Below, in pieces: positions 1 to 8,295 of a stretch of DNA of 14,895 bases. Source of the stretch: an uncultured Ruficoccus sp. (GTDB lineage Bacteria; Verrucomicrobiota; Verrucomicrobiia; Opitutales; Cerasicoccaceae); the NCBI GenBank assembly GCA_965140785.1, contig OZ223516.1, positions 1-14,895 on the forward strand, in the 5' to 3' direction. Positions within the stretch are counted from its first letter, which is position 1. Every line of letters begins with the position of its first letter. Below the pieces are notes generated by a model. That model did no database searches. It worked only from the letters and a program-made list of their open reading frames with translations, and had not been told where the DNA came from. The position numbers were made by a program, and so were the translations under genes.

Positions 1-1015
1 CACGGGCAGCATCCAGATCCCCCTGGTCGGCCAGCTTGGCGATACGCGCAAGCGAAACCTCTGCCGGTTCCTTTGCGGCCTCGACCGGACCGCTCGGCGG
101 AAGCGGCGTTTTCGCTTTGGCCGTGGGTCGGGTCGCCTTTCGGGCCACATGGCGGCGGGCAGGCCGTGACGTTTTTCCAGCAGGCGGCTTCGCCTGCCGC
201 AGGGGTTCCGCGATCTGCCGACGCTGGTAGCAAAACGCCCCCGCCGGGCCGGAGGGAGAAAAGTCCTGACTGAGCATGGACAAGCCGTCGGCGTGTCCGA
301 CGAAGAGCAGCCCGTCGTCGGCCAGGAGCTGCCCGATATTTCCCACGACCTCGCGCCGGGCTTCCTCGCAGAAGTAGATCAGGACATTGCGGCAAAAGAT
401 CAGTTCGAACGACGGCGCAAAAGCCAGGCTCCCGGCATCAAGCAGGTTGCAGCGCTTGAAGGACACGCAGCCGCGCACATGGTCCCGCACGCGCAGGTCG
501 CCGCTGGGCAAGGTCTCGAAGTGGTGCCGCCGCCCCTCGGCATCTTTGCCCCGAAAAGCCATCGGGCGGTACTCCCCGGCGCGGGCCTGTACGAGATTGC
601 GCTCGCTCACATCCCCGGCGTAGACGCGGAAGCTCTTCACTGCCAGCCCGGCATCGAGCAGGGTCATGGCGATAGAGTACGGCTCGGGCCCGGAGGCACA
701 GGGCACGCTCAACACCCGCAACAGTCGATCCTTTCCCTCGCGCGGCAACCAGACCGACTGCACCCAGTTTGCAAGGTAGTCAAAGGGCGCACGGTCCCGG
801 AAAAACCACGACTCAGGCACCAGCAGCTCATCGACAAAAGCCTCAAACTCAGCCCCGGAAGCTTCCAACGCCTCCAGATAGGACGCCTCGTCCCCGATCT
901 CAAGCTGGCGCATCCGGTGGTGAACCGCGACCAGACAACCAGGGCCCTCCAGCGTCGTGTCGTCGAGCCCGTAGACCCGCCGCAAACGCTCGGCCAGCTC
1001 AGCCGGGAGCTTCAC
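1..1015 (-). CDS. cheR: CheR-type chemotaxis protein methyltransferase with probable C-terminal TPR region (WspC-like); 3' end beyond the window
   Basis: Translated by hand; absent from the ORF track because there is no stop in the window. GTG start at 1015 overlaps the cheW stop (GTGA) and follows GGAGG. The frame is open to base 2. CheR motifs: LLVPESWFFRD, RVLSVPCASGPEPYSIAMTL, AGDVSE, FKRCNLLD, FELIFCRNVLIYF, GLLFVGHAD. These are followed by a Pro/Ala/Lys-rich linker and ARIAKLADQGDLDAAR, typical of the start of the WspC TPR region. Confidence 0.92.
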   Translation of the reverse strand, partial: MKLPAELAERLRRVYGLDDTTLEGPGCLVAVHHRMRQLEIGDEASYLEALEASGAEFEAFVDELLVPESWFFRDRAPFDYLANWVQSVWLPREGKDRLLRVLSVPCASGPEPYSIAMTLLDAGLAVKSFRVYAGDVSERNLVQARAGEYRPMAFRGKDAEGRRHHFETLPSGDLRVRDHVRGCVSFKRCNLLDAGSLAFAPSFELIFCRNVLIYFCEEARREVVGNIGQLLADDGLLFVGHADGLSMLSQDFSPSGPAGAFCYQRRQIAEPLRQAKPPAGKTSRPARRHVARKATRPTAKAKTPLPPSGPVEAAKEPAEVSLARIAKLADQGDLDAAR

Positions 1016-1470
1016 GAAGTCACCTCCTGGCGCTGTTTGAGAATCGCGCGAACCTCCGGCGTGACGAGTTCCTCAACCTCCACGCACTGGATCAACTCGC
1101 CGGACGGGTCTTTGATCAAGCGCCCCAGGTGGGCGGCCCCCGGCGGGCGCAAGCCCGGGTCGAGCCAGGCGTCGTCGGGGACATTGAGCGTGTCGGTCAC
1201 TTTCTCCGCCAGCAGGGCAATCATGTGGCCCTCACTATCGACCTCGACCACGAGGTAGCGCGTGCTCAAAAAAATCCGGGCCGGGCGCTCCACCGTGAGC
1301 TCGCATAAGTCGATGACCGGAAGGATTTTCCCACGGTACTCAAAAAGTCCCTTCACCGCCGGGGGGGTGCCAGGCACCTCGCGCACCGGCATGGCAGGCA
1401 CCACCTCGACCACCCGCTGCGAATCCAGGCCGTAGCGTCGCTCGCCAAGTTGGAACAAAATGATCAGCAT
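1012..1470 (-). CDS. cheW: CheW-like coupling protein (WspB-like)
   Basis: MLIILFQLGERRYGLDSQRVVEVVP...VPGTPPAVKGLFEYRGKILPVIDL...IALLAEKVTD is a CheW-domain signature. The ATG at 1470 is preferred to the TTG at 1485. It lies between an MCP and cheR. Confidence 0.92.
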   Translation of the reverse strand: MLIILFQLGERRYGLDSQRVVEVVPAMPVREVPGTPPAVKGLFEYRGKILPVIDLCELTVERPARIFLSTRYLVVEVDSEGHMIALLAEKVTDTLNVPDDAWLDPGLRPPGAAHLGRLIKDPSGELIQCVEVEELVTPEVRAILKQRQEVTS

Positions 1471-1481
1471 GGTTGCTCGGG

Positions 1482-3690
1482 TCAATCGCCGCTCGAAGAC
1501 GGCTTTTTACGCATGGGGAAGGGCATGTTCGTCATCCCGGTGGCATTTCGCTCGGCCACCTTGAAGCGGGCAACCTCGCGCCGCAGGTTGTTGACCGCGG
1601 TGTGCAGCGCGTGCGTGGCCTTGTCAAACTCGATCAGCGAGTCGGCACTGCGCTGCGCGCCCTCCTTCAGGTTCGTCATCGCGTCGCTGATCTGGGCCGC
1701 GCCCTGCGTCTGCGACTGCATCCCCTCGCGCACCTCGGAGAAGCGTGGTGAGAGCTCCTGCACACGGCTGATGATGCCGTCGAGCTGCCCGCTGAGATCG
1801 TCGATCTCGCTCACGCCCGTGCGCACGCCCTCGGAAAATTTGTCCATCTCCATCACCCCGGCCGAAACGGCGGACTGCATCTCCTTCACCATCTGGTCAA
1901 TGTCCACCGTGGCCTTGGCCGTCTGGCTGGCCAGGCGCCGAATCTCCCGCGCCACCACGGCAAAGCCCAAGCCGAACTCTCCCGCCTTCTCCGCCTCGAT
2001 AGCGGCGTTGAGCGAGAGCAGGTTCGTCTGCTCGGAGACCTTGTTAATCGCCGTGACAATCCGGGTGATGTTGCTGGCCTTGTCGGATATCGCGGCCAGT
2101 CGGCCCGAAATCGATTGGGTGGCGCTGTCGAGATTACCCATGGCCTCAGCCATGGCGGCCAGTTGCTGGCGGCCTGACTCGGCCATCCCGGCCGTCTCCT
2201 TCGAGCTGGAGGAAACCCCGTCCATGGTGTTGAGCAGTTCGCGCGAAGTGGCGCTGATCTCGCTCACAGCGGCAGCAATCTCCGTGGTCGAGGCTCCAAA
2301 GTCCTGAATCGTCGCCTCCTGCGACTTGGCCGTGCCGGTGATCCGCGTGGCAGTCGAGACCAGTTGGATGGTGGCGTTTTTAACCTGGAGCAGCAGGCCG
2401 TTCAGGCTGCCGACCATATCCTTAATCGCCTGCAGAAGCTGGCCGGACTCGTCCTTGGTATCAACCTCGACCTCCGCAGTGAGGTCCCCCTTGGCCACGC
2501 GCTGGGCCAACTCATTCGCCACCGAAATACGCCGCGAGAAGGAGTTGGCGAAGAACCAGATAATAAGAACAATCAGCAATACCGTCACCGCCACCATGGC
2601 CAGCGTCAACACCGCCGCCTCGCGCGTGGGCTGCATCACTTCGCTCTTGCTCACGGACATGACCAGGCCGCCACCCGCCCGTCGGGATGTACGCACTGGC
2701 GATAAACGAGTGCTCTCCATGCAGGGGGTCGTCGATCTCGATCACATCCGTGTTATTGCGCGAAAGCGAAAAGCGCTGGAAGAGGTCGCGGTAGGTGTTG
2801 CTGATGTCGTCGCCGAGCAGGCGTTCGGCCTTGGCCTCGTCGAACTGGAGCATCCCGCTGGTCTCGTCAAAGGTGAACACGCCGGTCAGGATGCGACCGG
2901 CGCCGTCATCGCCTTTTTCCACAAAAAGCTGTTCGATCGGCGCGGTGCGCAAGTCGCTGCCGTAGGTGGTGGCCACGATACGCCCCCGGCTACTGATGAG
3001 GAAAAACTCCGCCGAATCGTAGGGCTTGAGCTCGTTGATAAACTCGTCGAGGAAGTCCAGCCCCCGGTCGATACCGACGATCCCCATGAAGCGCCCATCG
3101 ATAATGATCGGCGCGATCTGCTCGACAATGAGGTTGGCCTGGTTGTAGACGTAGGGCTCGGTCACCATGAAGGTCTCATTGTCACCGCGAATGTACTTTT
3201 CCTTCACCCCGGTATAATAGAGCGCATTCTCCATATCGACCAGTGGCTCCAGCGAGTAGGCACCGTTGTTCTGCGGATCGCGGAACCAGTACGCCAGGAA
3301 GCGCCCGTCCGGGCCCAAGTACTTATCCCCGTCCTTAAACTTCTGCACGTAGTCGCCATCTTCGCCGTCGGCGTCGGGCTCGTAGCCGCAACCGGCCCCG
3401 ATGAACTCCGGAAAAGCGTCCAGCACGCTGCGCAGCAGGGCAATGGTATCCTCGCGCCGGCCAAAGAGCCCCTCCTCCTGAGCCAGAGCCAGAGAGCGCA
3501 CCACCGAAACCGTCTCGCTGTTGCCTTTCTCAATTTCCAACGCGGCCCGCTGGATCTCCTCGGCGATGAGTTTTTTCTGCCCGTAGAGCATGTCCTCATG
3601 CACATGCGCCACATTAAAAGCGGCCAGCCCCAGCATAATCACCAGCACCGGCAGCACCATGGTCAGCATGATTTTCGAACGCATGTTCAT
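1482..3690 (-). CDS. Methyl-accepting chemotaxis protein (TM1 - dCache_1-type sensor - TM2 - HAMP - MCP signal domain), WspA-like; split by a +1 frameshift at ~2666-2669
   Basis: ORF 2512..3690 gives TM1 and the sensor ([40 protein letters not shown]). ORF 1482..2720 gives TM2, HAMP ([27 protein letters not shown]) and the hairpin tip ([34 protein letters not shown]). Removing one base from TGG CGG C CTG GTC joins them as [18 protein letters not shown], ~735 aa. The start overlaps the upstream MCP stop (ATGA). Confidence 0.9.
1993..2024. repeat. 32-bp exact repeat shared by the two MCP signalling domains (second copy 4165-4196)
   Basis: gcctcgatagcggcgttgagcgagagcaggtt occurs at both positions, within a longer similar block encoding the conserved MCP hairpin tip. 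Confidence 0.85.
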
Positions 3691-5937
3691 GCCTTGTCCT
3701 CCGTACTATCGCCTTTGTCCTGCTCCTCTATGCGGAACTGGGCGATCCCGTCCTGCATGGCCTGGACGGCGCGGTTAAGCTTGTCCGTTGCGCTCTTAAA
3801 GCCCTCCAGCGAGGCCGAGGTCTGGTGCGCGGCGAGATTGAGGTTCGCCACCGCCTCTGAGATTTGTGAGGCGCCCACGGCCTGCGAGGACATCCCCTCG
3901 CGCACACTGTCAAAACGCGGCGTCAGAGCCTCGACTTGCTCGATAATGTTCTCGATCTGGGCACTGAGCTGGGCGGTCGTGTCGTTACCGGCCCGGAAGG
4001 CCTCGTTAAACTTGTCCATCTCCATCACACCGGCCGAGACCGAGGACTGCATCTCCTTCACCATCTGCTCGATGTCCTGAGTGGCCACGGCGGTCTGGTC
4101 AGCCAGGCGGCGAATTTCACGGGCCACCACCGCAAAGCCCAGCCCATACTCGCCCGCCTTCTCGGCCTCGATAGCGGCGTTGAGCGAGAGCAGGTTTGTC
4201 TGGTCGGCGACCTTGGCGATGGTCGTGACCACCGCGTTGATGTTCTGGGCGCGCTCGGCGATGACAGAAAGCTTGCCGGTGATGGACCGGGTAGCCGTCT
4301 CCAGCTCAGCCGCCCCCTCGCGCATACCCTCCAGGTGCGTGCGGCCCGCACTGGCAATGCCCGTGGTGTTGCGCGCACTCTCGGAAACCTTGTTCATGGT
4401 CTGGGAAAGCTCCTGTGAGGTGCTCGAAATCTGCTTCACGGCGGCGGCAATCTCGCTTGAGGACGAACCGAAGTCCTGCACCGTACCCTCCTGAGACTGC
4501 GCCGTGTCGGTCATTTCGGTGGCCGCTCCGGCCAGTTGCTGGCTGGAGTTGCGTACCCGCCCGATAAGCGCGTTGAGGTTGCGGATCATCTTGAGAATGG
4601 CCCGGAAAAGCTGACCGGTCTCGTCCTGCTGACGCACCAGTTGGTTGTTCGCCCGGGACTGGCTTTTACAGCAGTCCTCCATCTTCCCCGAAGCCTCGCC
4701 CAGACGCCCCTCCGCCACCAGTTCGGCGATGTTTGTCAGGTAGGAAATAGGCCGGGCGATCCAGCCCCCCAGAATCGTCGCCAGCAAGCCCACAACGATG
4801 AGCGTGCCCGCTGCGCCATATAAAGTGTAATGCAGGATGGCAGTAAAGGCGTGGGACACCTCCTCGTGCGGACGGGAGAACTCAGCCTCGAAGGCCGTCA
4901 CCCCGACCACCCAGTCCCAGGGCTTAAAGTAGGCGTAGTGAATCTCCTTGTGGCGAACCCTCCCCGAAGCATCCTGCCAAGCCACGTCCATGCTGCCGAC
5001 TTCGCCGGGCTGGAGCTTGATCGCCTCTTTGCGGATGTCCTCGATGTAGTCGCGCCCGTTGATGTCGCGAACCCGCGAAAGATCCTGAAGCTCGCTTCCC
5101 CCATCGCGGAAAAACTCATAATGGCCCCGGTTCAGCTTGTCCTGACCGGGCATAATCCAGGCATAGCCGGTCTCGCCCACCTCAATCGCCATCATAGCCC
5201 GGCGCAGGCTGTCCACGCTCTCCCGCTTGACCCCCACGTAAAGCATGCCGATGATGTCCTCGCCCTCGGCATCGTAAATCGGCTCATACGCGGCCAAGTA
5301 CCAGTTGTTGACCACGTAGGCATTTCCCCGGAATGTCTCCCCGCGCATGACCGCGGCTATGACCGGGTTCGGCACACCGTCAGGGTCTACCGCAGGGATG
5401 TACGTGCCGATGGCGCGGTCACCGTCCAGGGTGAGGACATTCGTCGCCACACGCAGCATGTCACCCTCGTCATTCATACGCTGGAAGATCGTGGCGGTCC
5501 CCGCCAACCATGTCGCGAACGGCATCTACCAGCACAGTGGACGCGGCGGAGTCGCGGTTTTGGCCCAGCCATTCCTCCCCGATCAGCATCTCGGGCAACT
5601 CGATCGTCTCCGTTTTCTGATCGAACTGGTTGACCGCGTCCCAACGGACCAGCTTGGCGCCCAGCCGCAAGCCGCCGTCTTCAGTGACCGTATGCTCGGC
5701 CACTCCCAGTGCCCCATCCACCTGAAGCTGCACCAGATCATTGGCGCTCTGGCACAGGTTATAAATGTCGCGGGTGGTCTGGTCGAGATTGGCCGATACC
5801 AGAGCGTCGAGCTGGCCATCGATGATCTTCGTGCTCTTGTGCTCCTGGATAAAGATGAGCAGCGCCAGCACCACTGCCGGCAGCAAGGCCGAAAAGAGGG
5901 CCAGACCCGTGACTTTGTGCCGAAGCTTAAGTTTCAT
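3687..5937 (-). CDS. Methyl-accepting chemotaxis protein with Cache_3-Cache_2 fusion-type sensor, HAMP and MCP signal domain; split by a +1 frameshift at 5499-5502
   Basis: ORF 5470..5937 (N-terminal TM, KVTGLALFSALLPAVVLALLIFI) and ORF 3687..5525 join as VDAVRDMVGGTATIFQRMN when one G of a GGGG run is removed, ~749 aa. ATIFQRMNDEGDMLRVATNV..RAIGTYIP..GETFRGNAYVVNNWYLAAYEPI..IIGMLYVG and YFKPWDWVVG match Cache_3-Cache_2 receptors. The tip motif is [37 protein letters not shown]. Confidence 0.9.
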
Positions 5938-5971
5938 CGCAACAATGGGTTACTTATCTGCATCCACACCC

Positions 5972-6000
5972 GTTTTGGCAAGACGGGAGTTGGCGGTCAA
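5972..6000 (-). promoter_or_regulatory. Possible sigma70-type promoter for the chemosensory operon
   Basis: On the minus strand, TTGACC-17 nt-CAAAAC with TG just upstream of the -10. It lies between the STAS terminator and the MCP start. The -10 match is poor. Confidence 0.25.
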
Positions 6001-6024
6001 AAGCGCCCCCGGCGCCCTGACGAT

Positions 6025-6052
6025 AAAAAAAAGCGGCGTAAAAACGCCGCTT
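6025..6052 (-). terminator. Intrinsic (Rho-independent) terminator downstream of the STAS gene
   Basis: The minus strand reads AAGCGGCGT-TTTT-ACGCCGCTT-TTTTTT, a perfect 9-bp stem running into a T8 tract, ~40 nt after the STAS stop. Confidence 0.88.
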
Positions 6053-6089
6053 GATGAAAAGTGGATTCAACCAATCACACGCTGGACGC

Positions 6090-6425
6090 TCAGGAAAGGG
6101 CCTGGAGGGCTTCTTCGCGGGTGGCGTAGATCGGGAAAATGCTGGTGAAGCCGGAGATTTCAAACACCTGCTTGACGTTCGGGTTGAGCGTCGAAAGGGC
6201 AATCGAGCCTTCCTGCTTCTTGAACTGCTTGGCAGCGGAGAGGAGCACACGCAGGCCCGCGCTGCTGATATAGTCGAGTTCGCGGCAGTCCACCAGTACC
6301 TTGGCTTCGCCAGCTTCGACCAGCGCGGTCAGCTTTTCGTCCAGCGAACCGGATGTGCTGACATCGAGACGGCCTTGAAGGCTGAGGATATTGATGGAGT
6401 CCTGTTTTTCCTGGGTAATTTCCAC
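6090..6425 (-). CDS. STAS-domain anti-sigma factor antagonist (SpoIIAA/RsbV family)
   Basis: 111 aa with a GTG start. ILSLQGRLD..VLVDCRELDYISSAGLRVLL..LNPNVKQVFEISGF is the anti-anti-sigma signature and includes the phosphorylatable Ser motif (ISSAG). Confidence 0.93.
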   Translation of the reverse strand: MEITQEKQDSINILSLQGRLDVSTSGSLDEKLTALVEAGEAKVLVDCRELDYISSAGLRVLLSAAKQFKKQEGSIALSTLNPNVKQVFEISGFTSIFPIYATREEALQALS

Positions 6426-6691
6426 GGTGAGGGAGGTTTGAAGGTTGATGGTCGCCCCGGTTGGGATTGCATTCGATAAAGACGCTTACCCAAGCCACTT
6501 TCAAGTGTTTTTTTAGGGCCTGCTCAGGCAAACGGAAAAGATGGAGAAATGAGGGATCATCGAGGCGGAAAGGACGTTCTGAACCAAGGCGAATCAAGAT
6601 TCGTCAAGGAGAGGACATGGATTTGGAGGCAGAAAGCGGCGTAAAATGGGACGAGAGACAATTTGAAGGCGCAGCCTAAAGCACTTTTATT

Positions 6692-8098
6692 TCAGTAAGC
6701 CGAGTGGGGCGGATGAACGACCATGCGCACCGTACGCAGTATAATCTCCAGGTCCATCCAGACCGACCACTCGTTAATATACTCCAGATCGTAGTGCACG
6801 CGTTGGCGCAGCAGCTCCACATCCGTGATTTCTCCCCGGAAGCCCTTGCACTGGGCCAAGCCGGTCAGGCCGGGCTTCACGAAGTGCCGCTGCGGATAGA
6901 TCTTGACGTCCTGGCTGAAAATCCGGTCGTGCTCCGGCAAGTGCGGACGCGGGCCTACCACACTCATCTCACCTTTGAGCACATTAAGCAGCTGCGGCAG
7001 CTCGTCCAAGCTGGTCCGCCGCATAAACTCCCCAAAGCGAAAAACCCGGGGATCGTGCCGCGTCGCCTGCTGTGCCTCATCCCCCCTGCGCCGCACATGC
7101 ATGGTCCGGAACTTATACAGGACAAATTCCCGGCGGTTGTATCCGCGCCGGATTTGCTTGAAAAAGACCGGCCCCGGGGACTGCTTATGCTGAAAAAACC
7201 ACACAACCGGGATAATCACCGGCAGCACCCCAAACACGACCGGCACCGCGATCGAGAGGTCCAGCAGCCGCTTGATCATGCGGTTAAGGGGGCTCTCCAG
7301 CGGCTCTTCCCGCAGCGTGAAAAACGTGTGCGGCCCGTCCTTGACGCTGATCAAGGGATAGTCGAAGTACTCAGCCCAGGGGTTAAAAATCAGCATCTGA
7401 CAGCCCTCCTCCTCGGCCGCCTCCAGGATTTCCTTTACCCATTGCTTGGAGTGCCGCGTCTCCAGCAGAATGATCTGGTTAACCCCTTGGTCCCGAATCG
7501 TTTCCCGCAGCCGAGACACGTCCCCCAATAGCGGAATATCGATCTGCTTCGGCTTGGTTTCGTCGAAATTCAGCAGCCCGATCACATTGATCCCCAGCGC
7601 CTGCTTACTGCGCAACCACCCGGCGATGCGCGAACACGAGGCTGTCGTCCCCACGACCAGGCACGAGCGCATGTTCTTGCCCGCCAGCACATACTTCGAG
7701 AGCCAGGCCGGCAGGGACATGTTCAGGCTGAACAGGATCAGGTAGGCGAAAACCAGATACAGCCCGATAAACATACGGGAGATCGCTTTGTCCTTGGTAG
7801 CAAAGATGATCGTGAACAGGATCAGCACCAGGATGAAGATTTGCAGGTTCGTCACCTGAAAGACCCGTGCCCGGTCCTGCGCCGAAATCGTCGGGCCCAG
7901 AATGGGGTAGAAATTAAAGAAAATCGCCCCCGAGGCCACCAGGCCCATCATGTACAGCGGCCAGTTGATCAAGTTATACTCCAGGCGACCCGCTACCTCG
8001 ACCCCAACCGCCGCCATGACGAAGAAGAGCAGCGGCAACACCAGCACGATCACGCATCCGTGCAGCGCCAAGAGTCCTCTAAATCGGCTATCGAGCAT
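6692..8098 (-). CDS. Exopolysaccharide biosynthesis polyprenyl glycosylphosphotransferase (priming glycosyltransferase, WcaJ/WbaP family)
   Basis: 468 aa. It has four N-terminal hydrophobic segments, a Rossmann-like middle region (CLVVGT..NVIGLL) and a Bac_transf domain: KRLLDL, LYKFRTM, DPRVFRFGEFMRRTSLDELPQLLNVLKGEMSVVGPRP, VKPGLTGLAQ, DLEYINEWSVWMDLEII. Confidence 0.95.
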   Translation of the reverse strand: MLDSRFRGLLALHGCVIVLVLPLLFFVMAAVGVEVAGRLEYNLINWPLYMMGLVASGAIFFNFYPILGPTISAQDRARVFQVTNLQIFILVLILFTIIFATKDKAISRMFIGLYLVFAYLILFSLNMSLPAWLSKYVLAGKNMRSCLVVGTTASCSRIAGWLRSKQALGINVIGLLNFDETKPKQIDIPLLGDVSRLRETIRDQGVNQIILLETRHSKQWVKEILEAAEEEGCQMLIFNPWAEYFDYPLISVKDGPHTFFTLREEPLESPLNRMIKRLLDLSIAVPVVFGVLPVIIPVVWFFQHKQSPGPVFFKQIRRGYNRREFVLYKFRTMHVRRRGDEAQQATRHDPRVFRFGEFMRRTSLDELPQLLNVLKGEMSVVGPRPHLPEHDRIFSQDVKIYPQRHFVKPGLTGLAQCKGFRGEITDVELLRQRVHYDLEYINEWSVWMDLEIILRTVRMVVHPPHSAY

Positions 8099-8196
8099 AA
8101 GTCCTAGTTTCCCACCTTTATCGGCGTATTTCCTGAGCTGTTAATCCCATCTCGGGCCAGTGCCCTTTTTCTGCCAACCCTAGGCTCTGGCTTCAC

Positions 8197-8252
8197 TGTA
8201 ATGCCCCGGCAGGTTTAGCAAAATCCGCCGAGGGTTTAGAAAAAAGCCGCCG
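8197..8252 (+). repeat. Putative transposable-phage (Mu-like) terminus: terminal TG plus two tandem imperfect ~21-bp repeats (candidate transposase-binding sites)
   Basis: TGTAAT at 8197 is followed by gccccggcaGGTTTAGcAAAA (8203-8223) and tccgccgagGGTTTAGaAAAA (8224-8244), 15/21 identical. The flanking 5-mer TTCAC (8192-8196) fits N-Y-S-R-N. It lies ~100 bp past the last phage gene. Confidence 0.6.
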
Positions 8253-8295
8253 GTGACGGTGTTGTCAATGCAGGGGGCTTGAAACGGGAGTGCAA

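Noticed and set aside
676..700. CheR motif reads CASGPEPYS instead of the usual CSTGEEPYS
   Set aside because: The second Glu and the other SAM-binding motifs are intact, so one substitution does not justify calling the enzyme inactive.
1860..4210. Near-identical DNA blocks between the two MCP genes as a DGR template/variable repeat pair or gene-conversion tract
   Set aside because: They encode the universally conserved MCP hairpin tip, the differences are mostly synonymous rather than adenine-specific, and no reverse transcriptase is present.
6426..6460. C/A-rich, Shine-Dalgarno-less leader and the style of the phage proteins as a hint of a Verrucomicrobiota (Opitutales-like) host
   Set aside because: This is an impression only. 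No marker gene is in the window, so taxonomy is not claimed.
8197..8252. The tandem repeats as a mini-CRISPR or a Tn7-type end
   Set aside because: There are only two imperfect adjacent units, with no spacers or cas genes. Tn7 ends also start with TGT, but the adjacent cargo is a phage tail operon, so a Mu-like end fits better.
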